64,000 nucleotides of DNA. It comes from Crateriforma spongiae. Lineage in GTDB: Bacteria > Planctomycetota > Planctomycetia > Pirellulales > Pirellulaceae. The translations under genes were made by a program, and so were the position numbers. Where the stretch lies: contig NZ_JAAXMS010000007.1 of the NCBI RefSeq assembly GCF_012290005.1, positions 41,991 through 105,990 on the forward strand, in the 5' to 3' direction. Below the pieces are notes generated by a model. It was not told the origin of the DNA. It saw nothing but the letters and a program-made list of their open reading frames with translations, and searched no databases. This document shows positions 1-10,290 of this stretch, one piece after another (the first letter of the stretch is position 1; each line of letters starts with the position of its first letter).

Positions 1-461
1 AAATCGACCCAACGCTTATTCAGATAGCCGACTTCCTTTTGGATGCCCACCGTTTCAAAGCCGTGACGTTGGTGAAACGCCACGCTACGCTGGTTATCCG
101 CGATGATCCGTGCCATCACGTGATGGACGCCATGGCGTCGACAATGATCAAAGATCGCGTTTTGCAGCGGATCGGCGATGCCACGTCCTTGGGCGGCCGG
201 CAAAAGATAGATGGCCGATTCGCACGTGTGCCGAAACCCCTCACGCTGGCTGATCGGTCGTAATGTGGTCCAGCCGATCACCGTCGCGTCATCGTCGACC
301 GCGACATACCAACCGCCCGGTGGCTTTGGCGGGATCCAACGCCGAACCACGCTTTCGGTCCAGCGGATCGTGTCAAACGTTGATCCGCCGGCCGAAACAT
401 AGTGGTTATAGATCTCTGCGATTTCGCTGGCGTCATCGACACAGGCCGGGCGAATCTTCAT
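1..461 (-). CDS. GNAT-family N-acetyltransferase (phosphinothricin-acetyltransferase-like); 3' end cut by the window edge
   Basis: This ORF is absent from the supplied track because it runs off the left edge. My own minus-strand translation from the ATG at 461..459 reads MKIRPACVDDASEIAEIYNHYVSAGGSTFDTIRWTE...VIGWTTLRPISQREGFRHTCESAIYLLPAAQGRGIADPL...ARIIADNQRSVAFHQRHGFETVG. It has a QxxGxA acetyl-CoA motif (QGRGIA). It starts 16 nt downstream of the metG stop. Confidence 0.7.
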   Translation of the reverse strand, partial: MKIRPACVDDASEIAEIYNHYVSAGGSTFDTIRWTESVVRRWIPPKPPGGWYVAVDDDATVIGWTTLRPISQREGFRHTCESAIYLLPAAQGRGIADPLQNAIFDHCRRHGVHHVMARIIADNQRSVAFHQRHGFETVGIQKEVGYLNKRWVD

Positions 462-476
462 GGGCCATGTCGCCGA

Positions 477-2510
477 TCAGTGAACGCGTTGCCCTGGCAG
501 AGCGCCGTCGTCGACTCCTAGGACGAAGACGTCCGCGCCACCGGGGCCGGCCGCGGTCACCATGCCTTCGCTCAGCCCGAATCGCATCTTACGCGGTTTC
601 AAATTGGCGACCATGACGACCAAACGACCGACCAGCTTTTCCGGTTCGTAGGCGGCTTTGATGCCGGCGAAGACTTGACGCGTTTCGTCACCGCCAAGCC
701 CCAGGGTCAACTTCAGCAATTTATTCGCTTCGGGAACCTGTTCGGCCGACAAAACACGAGCGACCCGCAAGTCCACTTTGGCGAAGTCGTCGATGGTGAT
801 TTCATCGGCAATCGGTTCGTCCTGCAGCGGCTGGTCGGAATCGCCAAACGGATTGACGGGCTTTTCGTCAGCGGCCGATTCTTGTTTTCCTTCGTCGATC
901 ATCTTTTGCAAATCCTCTACTTGGACGCGGTTCATCATGCGTTGAAATTTGTTGACCGGGGAACCGACCAACGGCGTTTGCGATTGTTCCCACGACGTGA
1001 TCGGATCATTCAGCAATTCGCCACACTGCTGTGCCAGCTTCGGCAACACGGGGGACAAATAGATGGCCAATTGGCGGAACAGGTTCAGGGCAACCGTGCA
1101 AACGTCACGAAGCTCGTCTTCCCGCTCCGGATCCTTTTTCATCTCCCACGGCTTGGCATGTTCGACGAACGGATTGGCGGCGTCGGCCAATTCCATGATC
1201 AAACGCATGGCTTTGGCGTATTCACATTGTTCATAGGCATCGGCAATGTCCTTGCCCTTCGCCGCGGCGGCTTGGAACAACCCACCATCATCGGGATACG
1301 TTTTGCTAAGGCCCAGTTTGGCGGCGAACTTGCCAACGCGGCTGGCCAGATTAACGACTTTGCCGACCAAGTCGCTGTTGACCTTTTCCGCAAACTCATC
1401 CAACCCCAAGTCCAAATCTTCGACCCGCGACGTCAGTTTCGTTGCATAGAAGTAACGCAGGTAACTGGGGTCCAAGTGTTTCAAGTAGGTTTCCGCCGCG
1501 ACCAACGTTCCGTCGCGTTTGGACATCTTTTTGCCGTCCACGTTCAAAAAGCCGTGGATATGCACTTTGGTCGGCAGACTGAATCCCGCCGTCTTTAGCA
1601 TCCCCGGCCAAAACAGTGTGTGAAAGTAAGTGATGTCTTTGCCGATGAAGTGATGCACTTCACAGTCGTCGCTTTGCCACCAATCGGCCAGCGTTTCGTT
1701 GTTGGCCGCACACCACTGGGCGGTCGACGCGATGTAACCGATCGGGGCGTCGAACCAGACGTACCAGTAGTTGCCTGGTGCGTCGGGGATCTCAAACCCG
1801 AAATAGGGTGCCGGACGACTGATGTCCCAGTCCTTCAGTCCCGCCGACAGAAAGTAGCCTTTCAGGTAGTTCGCCGTTTCGCTTTGCAAGGCATCGGCCG
1901 AATCAACCCAGTCGTTCAAGAAGTCGTGCAGCTTTTCCAATTCCACGAACAGGTGCGTCGCTTCCTTCAGCACCGGCGTCGCACCGCTGAGGGTGCTTTT
2001 GGGATCGATCAATTCGGTGGGCGAATAGGTGTGGCCGTTGTTGCAGTTGTCCCCCGCCTGATCCTCCAGCCCACACACTGGACAAGTGCCACGCACGAAG
2101 CGATCGGCCAGAAACGTCTCCGCCTCGGGGTCGTACAGTTGTTCGATGCTGCGTTCGGCGATCAGCCCGGCCTTGCGAAGGGATTCCCAGAACTGATGGC
2201 AAAGCTGGCGGTTTTCTTCGCTGTGGGTGCTGCCGTAATGGTCAAACCGAATGTCAAAGCCGGCGAAGTCGCGTTGGTGAGCCTCGCTCATGCTGGCAAT
2301 CAACGCTTCTTCGCTGCGTCCTTCGGCCTTCGCCCGGATCATGATCGCCGTGCCGTGGGTGTCGTCGGCGCACATGTAAATCGCGCGGTTGCCCATCAGC
2401 TTTTGAAAGCGGACCCAGATATCGGTCTGGATGTATTCGACCAAGTGCCCGATGTGAATCGGACCGTTGGCATAGGGCAACGCGCTGGTGACCAACAGAC
2501 GTCGTGTCAT
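477..2510 (-). CDS. metG: Methionine--tRNA ligase with C-terminal tRNA-binding (EMAP/Trbp111-like) domain
   Basis: HIGH motif ([10 protein letters not shown]), KMSKS motif (KMSKRDG) and zinc knuckle (CPVCG...CNNGH). The C-terminal sequence [16 protein letters not shown]...[11 protein letters not shown] is an OB-fold tRNA-binding domain. I trimmed the start to M79 of the 755-aa ORF ([17 protein letters not shown]), which is the ATG at 2510. Confidence 0.95.
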   Translation of the reverse strand: MTRRLLVTSALPYANGPIHIGHLVEYIQTDIWVRFQKLMGNRAIYMCADDTHGTAIMIRAKAEGRSEEALIASMSEAHQRDFAGFDIRFDHYGSTHSEENRQLCHQFWESLRKAGLIAERSIEQLYDPEAETFLADRFVRGTCPVCGLEDQAGDNCNNGHTYSPTELIDPKSTLSGATPVLKEATHLFVELEKLHDFLNDWVDSADALQSETANYLKGYFLSAGLKDWDISRPAPYFGFEIPDAPGNYWYVWFDAPIGYIASTAQWCAANNETLADWWQSDDCEVHHFIGKDITYFHTLFWPGMLKTAGFSLPTKVHIHGFLNVDGKKMSKRDGTLVAAETYLKHLDPSYLRYFYATKLTSRVEDLDLGLDEFAEKVNSDLVGKVVNLASRVGKFAAKLGLSKTYPDDGGLFQAAAAKGKDIADAYEQCEYAKAMRLIMELADAANPFVEHAKPWEMKKDPEREDELRDVCTVALNLFRQLAIYLSPVLPKLAQQCGELLNDPITSWEQSQTPLVGSPVNKFQRMMNRVQVEDLQKMIDEGKQESAADEKPVNPFGDSDQPLQDEPIADEITIDDFAKVDLRVARVLSAEQVPEANKLLKLTLGLGGDETRQVFAGIKAAYEPEKLVGRLVVMVANLKPRKMRFGLSEGMVTAAGPGGADVFVLGVDDGALPGQRVH

Positions 2511-2854
2511 GACAAGTTTGGGCGTTGTGGTGGAAATGAATGGGAAGATCTGGGCACGGAACCGGCGGATTGTAGCGATCCAGAGACAAAGCGACGACGT
2601 GTCTTGTGCGGCGTTCATCCGGCTTGGTCGATGCAACCCAGCCCTCGCACTGGCCGCGGGTGTCGTTGCATGCAATGCCTTCCAAGGCGGGGGATGACGG
2701 TGGCGTTCGCAAACCGGTCGATCGGGGAAAAGATCGAAAAACAATCCGTGAAACTGGAAAAAAACTCAAGTCACGCTCATTGCCCTTGTGGCGATCGACG
2801 GACATCAGGCAGGATCGCCTCGGTGCCGATCCCACCGGTCAGGATGACCACATC

Positions 2855-4387
2855 ATGGTGCGGATTCGGGTACGCCGACCTCGAATCGCGTCGTTTCGCC
2901 GAAACTCGTGCGGACGACACGCCGTCCAATGCGTCCAGGGAGGGACGACCTTGACTGGTATCAAGTTCGCGCTAGCGTCCGTCGCTATTTCTTGGTTGTC
3001 GATGCTGTCGGTATCGGCCAACGCCATCTTGGTGGAATTCACGTCCAAGCAGTGCCAGCACTGTGAAACGATGAAGCCCGTGCTGGCACAACTGGAACGA
3101 TCGGGCGTTGCGATCCGCCGCGTCGACGTGTCCAGCGAACCGCATTTGGTCCGCCGCTACGGCGTCCGCCAAACGCCAACCTATCTGGTCATCGCCGACG
3201 GCAAAGAAGTCACACGCTTGGTCGGCAGCCACAGCATCGACGAACTTCGTCAAGCCTTGCAAACCAATCCCGGTGGACCCCACATCCCAACCGGTTCCCA
3301 GCAATCCGCCGCACCGCCACGGGCGGCTGAATTCGCCGACACTCCTCGAACGCGTCTGGCTGCGGCCGGTCCGGGGGCAACAAACCCGCCACGCTTGGCC
3401 GCCTTCGGACGGTCCGACGTTCGACCGCAAAACGTGCCATCCGTTGCCACAGCCGGCAACACGATGTCCGAAACCATGCCGAACGTCACGATGGCCGATG
3501 CGGTGGAACGTGCTCGCGCCGCAACGGTTCGATTACGTGTTTATGACGGCCATGGCTTTGGCGTTGGCACCGGAACGATCATCGATTCGCACGGTGCGGA
3601 ATCGCTGGTCATGACCTGCGGTCACCTGTTCCGCGATACCGACGGCGAAGGCCGGATCGAAGTTGATCTGTTCGTCGGCGGCGAAACCAAAACCGTGCCC
3701 GGCCAATTGGTCGACTATGACGCAGAAGATCGTGACATCGCCGTGGTGGCGATCCAGCCGGGGATCAACATCCAACCGGTCAAGGTCATCAAGCACAGCC
3801 AAAAGGTCACCACCGGACAAGCCGCTTTCAGTTTCGGATGCGACCGTGGTGCCGATCCCTCGCGGCGTGATACCCGCATCACCGGGGTCGACAAGTACAA
3901 CCAACATTTGGGTGTCAGCAATCTGGAAATCGACGGTGCACCGATCGACGGTCGCAGCGGTGGTGGATTGTTCGACCAGAACGGATGTTTGATCGGCGTC
4001 TGCAACGCAGCGGACTACAAAAGTGATGTCGGCATCTATACCGGACCGGGCTCGATTCACTGGCAATTGGAACGCGTGAATCTGACACATCTGGCCCAAG
4101 GCGATGCCGGCACGGCGGTCGCCCCAACGAATCAATTTTCCGCGACCGTACCAGCCGGTGGTTCACCGGCCGCCGAACCACCGGTCCGGTTGGCGGCACT
4201 GGATGCACCGGCAGGAGGATTTGACGCGGGCATTGTTCAGCCGTCGGCCCTGGCAAGTCCGGCCGGCCAAGACCGTCGCGAAGTGATCGTGATCATTCGC
4301 GATCCCGACCAACCCGACACCCAGCCGCGTGTGTTGACCATTCGCCAACCCAGCGAAGCGCTGATGAATTCTTTGATGACGCACTGA
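2855..4387 (+). CDS. Secreted thioredoxin-domain / trypsin-like serine protease fusion protein
   Basis: Signal-like segment IKFALASVAISWLSMLSVSANA. Thioredoxin fold with CQHC (codons 3053..3064) and the RQTPTYLV cis-Pro region. Chymotrypsin-fold triad context: TCGHLF (His), DIAVVAI (Asp), GRSGGGLF (Ser codon 3956..3958). The start is uncertain: ATG 2855 or TTG 2951. Confidence 0.7.
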   Translation: MVRIRVRRPRIASFRRNSCGRHAVQCVQGGTTLTGIKFALASVAISWLSMLSVSANAILVEFTSKQCQHCETMKPVLAQLERSGVAIRRVDVSSEPHLVRRYGVRQTPTYLVIADGKEVTRLVGSHSIDELRQALQTNPGGPHIPTGSQQSAAPPRAAEFADTPRTRLAAAGPGATNPPRLAAFGRSDVRPQNVPSVATAGNTMSETMPNVTMADAVERARAATVRLRVYDGHGFGVGTGTIIDSHGAESLVMTCGHLFRDTDGEGRIEVDLFVGGETKTVPGQLVDYDAEDRDIAVVAIQPGINIQPVKVIKHSQKVTTGQAAFSFGCDRGADPSRRDTRITGVDKYNQHLGVSNLEIDGAPIDGRSGGGLFDQNGCLIGVCNAADYKSDVGIYTGPGSIHWQLERVNLTHLAQGDAGTAVAPTNQFSATVPAGGSPAAEPPVRLAALDAPAGGFDAGIVQPSALASPAGQDRREVIVIIRDPDQPDTQPRVLTIRQPSEALMNSLMTH

Positions 4388-4489
4388 TCGGCTGATCGAC
4401 CATCTACAATCGCCACAGCAACGTGGCGATGCCGTCGCCACCGATCTTGCCGTCACGAAGCCATTTGTCATCCCAGGGGGACCGCAACG

Positions 4490-5278
4490 TTGCAACACGT
4501 TGATGTCAAAGTTCACGAAGAAATCGCAACGATCGTTTTGGACCGGCCCCAAGTTCGAAACGCGCTCAGTCCCGGGCTATTGGAAGACCTGAACCAAGCG
4601 TTTTCCGATGTTCATCAAGAAAAACGCGTCAGGGCGGTCGTGCTGACCGGCGCCGGATCCGATTTTTGTAGCGGATTGGACCTGGGGGTTTTGAAAGAGA
4701 TCAACGAGCTTCCTGAATCGGAATCTCTGGCCCAGTCGCACCAGTATTGGCGTCAATGGGCCGAGTCGATTGAAGTCGTCTTGCGCTTTCCAAAACCGGT
4801 GGTCGCCGCGGTCGACGGTCTGGCCGCTGGTGCCGGTCTATCGCTGGCTTTGGCAAGTGACTTGATGGTGCTCAGCCACGGGGCGACCCTGTCGGCGCCG
4901 GCAATCCGTCACGGTTTGGTCGGCGGCATCACGGCATCTCTTTTGGCGTTTCGCCACGGCGGGGCGCTCGCTTCGCAGATGGCGTTATCGGGCGATGCCA
5001 TAAATGCCGAAGCCGCCGTTGCCCGCGGCATCGCCTGCCATGCGGTGGATTCCGAACAAATCTGGGTGGCCGCTTGCGACTGGGCGCGGCGTTGCACCCA
5101 GGGGCCTGCCGCCGCGATCCAAGCCACCAAACGTGTGATCAATGAATCGATCGGTGAAGCACTGATCAGCCAGATTTCCGCTGCCGCCGCCGCCGGTGCT
5201 GCCGGTTGCAGCCACGAAACCGCCGCCCAGGGAATCCAAGCCTTTGTCGAAAAAACGGACCCTCAGTGGCATGGTTGA
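4490..5278 (+). CDS. Enoyl-CoA hydratase/isomerase (crotonase) family protein
   Basis: IATIVLDRPQVRNALSPGLLEDL...VRAVVLTGAGSDFCSGLDL...PVVAAVDGLAAGAGLSLALASD is the classic crotonase oxyanion-hole pattern. Non-ATG (TTG) start. Confidence 0.85.
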   Translation: MQHVDVKVHEEIATIVLDRPQVRNALSPGLLEDLNQAFSDVHQEKRVRAVVLTGAGSDFCSGLDLGVLKEINELPESESLAQSHQYWRQWAESIEVVLRFPKPVVAAVDGLAAGAGLSLALASDLMVLSHGATLSAPAIRHGLVGGITASLLAFRHGGALASQMALSGDAINAEAAVARGIACHAVDSEQIWVAACDWARRCTQGPAAAIQATKRVINESIGEALISQISAAAAAGAAGCSHETAAQGIQAFVEKTDPQWHG

Positions 5279-5479
5279 TGCATGCAGGCGGGGGGCGTAA
5301 CGACGAACAAGATGACGCGATGATGCGTCTAGATGGACCATGGATAAGGTTCGTTTTGATCCCGCGAACACGAGGCCCATGGTGATGCACCCCCCAACCG
5401 GCCCGCTTTGCCGTCGCCAGGATCGATTCGGCCACCTATGATGACCGCCACAGCAAGCTTACATCAGCATGAATGAGTC

Positions 5480-7315
5480 ATGTTCGCCATCCTGCATGCA
5501 AGATCGGGTCCCGACAAAGATCGAAATTACACCCTCGATCCGTCCCGACCTGCGCATATCGGACGTGGCACCAGCTGTGAAATCTTGCTGACCGATCCGA
5601 TGAGTTCGCGGTTCCATGCCGTCGTTTTTTTCGAAGACGGGAATTGGCATCTTCGCGACACCAGCAGCCGAAACGGTACCCTGGTCAATGGCCAGAAAGC
5701 GGACACCGCTCGGCTGCTGGACAAGTCGATCATCACGATCGGCGAAACGGATCTGCAATTGGTCGAAGGCGACGCGGAAGATGTCGAAGAATCATCGATC
5801 AAACAAACCTGGGTTGCCGATCCCGATGATCTGAAAGAACGCTTGCAGGATCGGGAGGTCGATCCGATCAACAAGCTGGCACAGACGGAATACCTACTGG
5901 ATTTGTACCAGTTAAGTCTGAATCTGATGTCGGGTTCCAGTGGCGTCGACACCATCGAAACGGTGCTGGAACTGTTGCGCGATCGCACCGCCGCATCGGG
6001 TGTCACCCTGTATCACGAAACACACGAAGGACGGCTGGTTCCGCAATCCAGCTATCCCAAGGATTCGCACAAACGCCTGCAACTTAGCCGACGGCTGATC
6101 CGACGCATTCAACGCAGCAGCGATCCGATGTGGATCGATCGCGAATACGATCCGAAGGTGCGTGGCGAAATCAAGGCGGCCGACGGCAAGCCATGGTCGG
6201 ATGTGATTGTTTGTCCGCTGTCCATCGACGACAACGCGATCGGAATGCTGGCGATGTTCCGTGATGAATCGGCGTTCGATCACCAGCATTATGATTTCGT
6301 CGTGGCGGCATCGCGGTTATTGGCGATCGGTTTGGTCCAATATCAAAAGACACATTCGTTGGCGGTCGAACGCGCCCACTTGGCCGAACGCAATGCCGAA
6401 GGCCCCGAGTTGATTGGTCAGTGTGACGCAATGACTCGGTTGAAAGAACGAATCACCCGGGTCGGTCGCGCCAGCGGATCGGTGTTGATCCGCGGCGAAT
6501 CAGGCAGCGGAAAAGAACTGGTCGCGCGGGCGGTTCATCGCGCCAGCCCGCGTGCCGATCGACCGATGTTGACGGTCAACTGTGCCGCGATTCCACAGGA
6601 TCTGATTGAAAGCCAGTTGTTCGGTCACAAGAAGGGTTCCTTCACCGGCGCCGATACCGATCACGTCGGTTGGTTCGAACAAGCCCACACCGGAACGCTG
6701 TTTTTGGACGAAATCGGCGAACTGACTTTGGAAGGTCAAGCGAAGCTGTTGCGAATCTTGGAAGGCCATCCGTTCTTGCCCGTCGGTGCGACCGAACAAG
6801 TGTTGGTGGATGTGCGGGTGATCGCGGCGACCAATCGCGACTTGGCTGAATTTGTCCGCGAAGGCCATTTCCGCGAAGACCTGTTTTATCGACTCAGCGT
6901 TTTTGAATTGTTCGTCCCACCGCTGCGTGAACGCGAAAGTGATCTGGATCTGTTGATCGATCACTTCTTGGCCCATTTCTGTCGCCAGCATGGTCGGCTG
7001 AAATTACGTTTGTCCGAAGACGCACGCGACCGGATGCACGAATACCCCTGGCCTGGGAACGTCCGGCAATTAAGGAACGTCATTGATAGTGCGGTTGTGA
7101 TGGCGGACGATCCGATGATCCAAGCCGACGATTTAGGGCTGCGCGACGCGGGGATCAGCCGCTTGGACACGCTGCGTATCGACGAATGGGAACGGCGATT
7201 GATCCGACAAGCTTTGGAAAAAAGCGAAGGCAGCGTTCCCAAGGCCGCCAAAATGTTGGGAATCAGTCGTGCGACGGCTTATCGAAAAATTGCCGAGTAT
7301 GACATCCAAAAATAG
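5480..7315 (+). CDS. Sigma-54-dependent transcriptional activator with FHA, GAF, AAA+ and Fis-type HTH domains
   Basis: N-terminal FHA (IGRGTSCEILLTDPMSSRFHAVVFFEDGNWHLRDTSSRNGTLVNG). AAA+ core with GESGSGKELVARAVH, ESQLFGHKKGSFTGA, LFLDEIGEL and VRVIAATNRDL. C-terminal HTH (AAKMLGISRATAYRKI). Confidence 0.9.
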   Translation: MFAILHARSGPDKDRNYTLDPSRPAHIGRGTSCEILLTDPMSSRFHAVVFFEDGNWHLRDTSSRNGTLVNGQKADTARLLDKSIITIGETDLQLVEGDAEDVEESSIKQTWVADPDDLKERLQDREVDPINKLAQTEYLLDLYQLSLNLMSGSSGVDTIETVLELLRDRTAASGVTLYHETHEGRLVPQSSYPKDSHKRLQLSRRLIRRIQRSSDPMWIDREYDPKVRGEIKAADGKPWSDVIVCPLSIDDNAIGMLAMFRDESAFDHQHYDFVVAASRLLAIGLVQYQKTHSLAVERAHLAERNAEGPELIGQCDAMTRLKERITRVGRASGSVLIRGESGSGKELVARAVHRASPRADRPMLTVNCAAIPQDLIESQLFGHKKGSFTGADTDHVGWFEQAHTGTLFLDEIGELTLEGQAKLLRILEGHPFLPVGATEQVLVDVRVIAATNRDLAEFVREGHFREDLFYRLSVFELFVPPLRERESDLDLLIDHFLAHFCRQHGRLKLRLSEDARDRMHEYPWPGNVRQLRNVIDSAVVMADDPMIQADDLGLRDAGISRLDTLRIDEWERRLIRQALEKSEGSVPKAAKMLGISRATAYRKIAEYDIQK

Positions 7316-7341
7316 CCGGCCAATCCAAAGGTAGCCGGCCT

Positions 7342-9060
7342 GTGAAGATGGCTGCGAAGCTGAAAAACGTTCCCACCCGGTCTGTCGACGATTCCCCGTT
7401 CCGCTGGGCGGTCGATGGTTCCGAATGGCTGCTGTTGACCCTGCTGATCTTTGGATTCAGCGGCGATTTGCCCCCGATGGTCAACGAAGCCCATTACCTG
7501 GTCAAAGCAAAGAACTTTTGGAATCCGGATTGGTGCTCGGGCGACCTGTTCGCCGCATCGGGCAAGGCACATGCCACTTTCTATTGGGTGTTCGGTTGGC
7601 TGACCAAGTTCTTCAGCCTGGAAACGACGGCCTGGATCGCGAGGTGGATCGGATGGGCACTATTGGCCGCCGGGCTTCAACGGTTGTGCCGCGCGGTGTT
7701 CGGCCGACCTTGGTTTGCATGGACCGTCTTGGTTCTGTGGGCCGTCGGAATTGAACGCGCGAACTTGGCCGGCGAATGGGTGTTCGGTGGCACCGAGGCA
7801 AAGATCCCTGCTTACGGTTTGCTGCTGTTTGGGATCACCGCGATGGTGCGGCAACAGTGGAATCGCTGTTGGATATTCATGGGCGCATCGTCGGCGTTCC
7901 ACGTTTTGGTCGGCGGATGGAGCGTGTTGTCGGCGATGCTGGTTTGGGGGCTGACGCAGCGACCGATTTGGCATCGCCCCCTGGCATCGATGTCGATTCC
8001 CCTGCCGCGCATTTTCCAGCCGGGGTTGTTCATCGGTGGTTTGGTAGCCTTGGCGGGGTTGGTTCCGGCGCTTTGGCTGACGATTCACCAACCACAGGAA
8101 TTGTCCGTTCAAGCGGCGAAGATCTACGTCTACGTTCGTCTGCCCCACCATTTACTGTCCAGCAGTTTTCCCGCCCACTGGTTTACGCGGCATTTAGGGC
8201 TGATCGCAATCGCCGCGGTGATGACATGGATCTACGATCGACGTTTGCGATTTTCCGATGGAAACCAATCGCATGCCAATGGTGTGATCCGACGTCTGTC
8301 GATATTCACGTCGGGAACCGTATTGATCGCATTGATCGGCTGGTTCGTGGATGTGGCGCCCTGGTTTGGATCCGATTTCAAAGCAAGCGTGCTGCGATAC
8401 TATTGGTTTCGCATGACCGATGTGATGGTGCCACTGCAGTTAGGTGTGGCGACCACCGGTGTGATGGTGTCATCGCTGCGGGCAAGCGACGAAGCCGGCG
8501 GTGGGATGATCAGTCGACGCCGTCCAGCAACGTTGATCGCACTGATATTGATCACCATTGCGATCGTGCTGGCAACGCAGACGACGTATCGGCGGGTTGC
8601 GCTGGGGGTTCCGCCGTCGGCCAGCAATCGATTGTTGGGCTATGACCCGCACGCTCCGGTTCATGTGCAACGCAAAGTCTTTGCGGATTGGCTGAAGGTT
8701 TGTGACTTCATCCGCTACAGCACCGACACGGGCGAAGTGTTTTTGACGCCGCGGCATCAGCAGACGTTCAAGTGGTACGCCCAGCGGGGCGAGGTGGTGA
8801 ACTTTAAAGACGTTCCACAGGATGCGGAATCATTGATCCAGTGGGAACAACGGTTTCGCGATGTCTTTCCTCAGCGGCTTGGCACCATGCGAGTCACGAT
8901 CCAGTATTCCAAGCTACGTGAGTATCGCCGGAAATACGGCGTGCGTTACATGTTGGTCGACCGCCGCGTCTGCGGGCAACACTTGCCATTGGTCCAGGTG
9001 TATCCACGCGATCCGGAAACCAATGACACCTACGCGATCTACGAATTACCGCCGCTGTGA
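7342..9060 (+). CDS. Polytopic integral membrane protein with C-terminal soluble domain (function unknown, possibly GT-C-like)
   Basis: About 10 or more hydrophobic segments, then a hydrophilic ~130-aa tail. It starts 27 nt after the activator's stop. No catalytic motif recognised. Confidence 0.55.
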   Translation: MKMAAKLKNVPTRSVDDSPFRWAVDGSEWLLLTLLIFGFSGDLPPMVNEAHYLVKAKNFWNPDWCSGDLFAASGKAHATFYWVFGWLTKFFSLETTAWIARWIGWALLAAGLQRLCRAVFGRPWFAWTVLVLWAVGIERANLAGEWVFGGTEAKIPAYGLLLFGITAMVRQQWNRCWIFMGASSAFHVLVGGWSVLSAMLVWGLTQRPIWHRPLASMSIPLPRIFQPGLFIGGLVALAGLVPALWLTIHQPQELSVQAAKIYVYVRLPHHLLSSSFPAHWFTRHLGLIAIAAVMTWIYDRRLRFSDGNQSHANGVIRRLSIFTSGTVLIALIGWFVDVAPWFGSDFKASVLRYYWFRMTDVMVPLQLGVATTGVMVSSLRASDEAGGGMISRRRPATLIALILITIAIVLATQTTYRRVALGVPPSASNRLLGYDPHAPVHVQRKVFADWLKVCDFIRYSTDTGEVFLTPRHQQTFKWYAQRGEVVNFKDVPQDAESLIQWEQRFRDVFPQRLGTMRVTIQYSKLREYRRKYGVRYMLVDRRVCGQHLPLVQVYPRDPETNDTYAIYELPPL

Positions 9061-9083
9061 TCACGACCGTGATGGCAAAGCAG

Positions 9084-10184
9084 TCAATCTTCGAACAATG
9101 CTTCGAATTGATCTTCGGACAAACGCGTCAAACGCTGGTACAAACGATCCGTTTTCGTCGATTGCTGTCCATCGGCTAGCGTCTGCCAGATCGATTGCCG
9201 CATGTCCGGTTTGGCAACGACAGGGTCTAAAATCAAAGCGTCGACTGAATCATCCGCGTCGCCAGAAACTTTCAAGAGCAAACCGGCGCGCAACGCGCGG
9301 GCACGGCGGACTTTGGCTGACAGTCGACGTTCCAAGCGGATCGGGTTGATATCGACGCTCTCGCCATCTTCGTTGGTGGATAGCTCGTCCAAGGTGGCAC
9401 GGACGTCGGCTTCGACGGCTTTTCGGATCTCGTTTCCGGTGATCGTGCGGTCACGATCTTGATCCAGCGAAGCCAAAAACAGTGCGTCCGCCGATGCGAC
9501 CTGTTCGGCTGTCTGCCGAGGTGCTCCGCCACCGTGCCGACCGCGGCCGCCACCATGACCACCACCACCGTGATGGCTATGGCCGCCACCGCCTTGTCGC
9601 ATCGATCCTCCCGACGCGCCGCCACCCCGTTGTCCGCCACCGGATCGCAGTTCTTTCCAGGCAGTTTGGTATTCCTCAAAGCTGACCTCGCCGTCGGACG
9701 ACGCCGGATGAGAACTCATGTAAGCGTTGATCTCGTCGCCTTTCCAAAGGCCGTCTCGGTCTCTATCCATCGAATCGAAACGTGCTCTCAACGACGCCTC
9801 GTCTGTGGGAGGTCCGCCGCCGCGATTCCCACCGGAACCACCGCCGCGGTTGCCACCCCCACGATTGCGACCGGATGCTTGGCCACGTCCCGACGATGAC
9901 GAATCGCCGGGTTTGCCGTAACCGAGGGGCCGAACTTGTCTGACCAAATCGATCAAACGAATGCCCTGCTCTGCGTCACCGCCAGCCTCCGCGATTGCGG
10001 ACGTCAGGTGGTGTGCGATCTCATCAATGGCTGATTCGGCAGCGTCCTGATTCCGCGTCGTTTGCTGCTTCGCGACGGTTTCTGGGGCGGAACCCTGTGC
10101 ACACGCGATGGTCGCACCCGCGATCAGCCCTAAAGCGATCAAGGTGGCAATCAACTTGGTGACGGAACTCCAGGAACGAAACAT
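9084..10184 (-). CDS. Secreted EF-hand calcium-binding protein with Gly/Arg/His-rich low-complexity tracts
   Basis: Signal peptide MFRSWSSVTKLIATLIALGLIAGATIACAQG. EF-hand loops DRDRDGLWKGDE and DQDRDRTITGNE. Low-complexity tracts GRNRGGGNRGGGSGGNRGGG and GGGGHSHHGGGGHGGGRGRHGGG. Start trimmed to the ATG at 10184. Confidence 0.65.
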   Translation of the reverse strand: MFRSWSSVTKLIATLIALGLIAGATIACAQGSAPETVAKQQTTRNQDAAESAIDEIAHHLTSAIAEAGGDAEQGIRLIDLVRQVRPLGYGKPGDSSSSGRGQASGRNRGGGNRGGGSGGNRGGGPPTDEASLRARFDSMDRDRDGLWKGDEINAYMSSHPASSDGEVSFEEYQTAWKELRSGGGQRGGGASGGSMRQGGGGHSHHGGGGHGGGRGRHGGGAPRQTAEQVASADALFLASLDQDRDRTITGNEIRKAVEADVRATLDELSTNEDGESVDINPIRLERRLSAKVRRARALRAGLLLKVSGDADDSVDALILDPVVAKPDMRQSIWQTLADGQQSTKTDRLYQRLTRLSEDQFEALFED

Positions 10185-10290
10185 CGGTGAAAGAATTTGC
10201 AGTGTGTCCGGGGCCGTGATGAGTGTCATGGTGCACCAAGGGATAAACGCCGCAGCAAGAAAGAAGTATCGGTCAGAAATGGGACAGAAA

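Noticed and set aside
675-2954. Plus-strand ORFs 675..1598 (307 aa) and 1620..2954 (444 aa)
   Set aside because: They are antisense shadows of metG in GC-rich DNA and have no recognisable motifs. The metG frame carries HIGH, KMSKS and the zinc knuckle.
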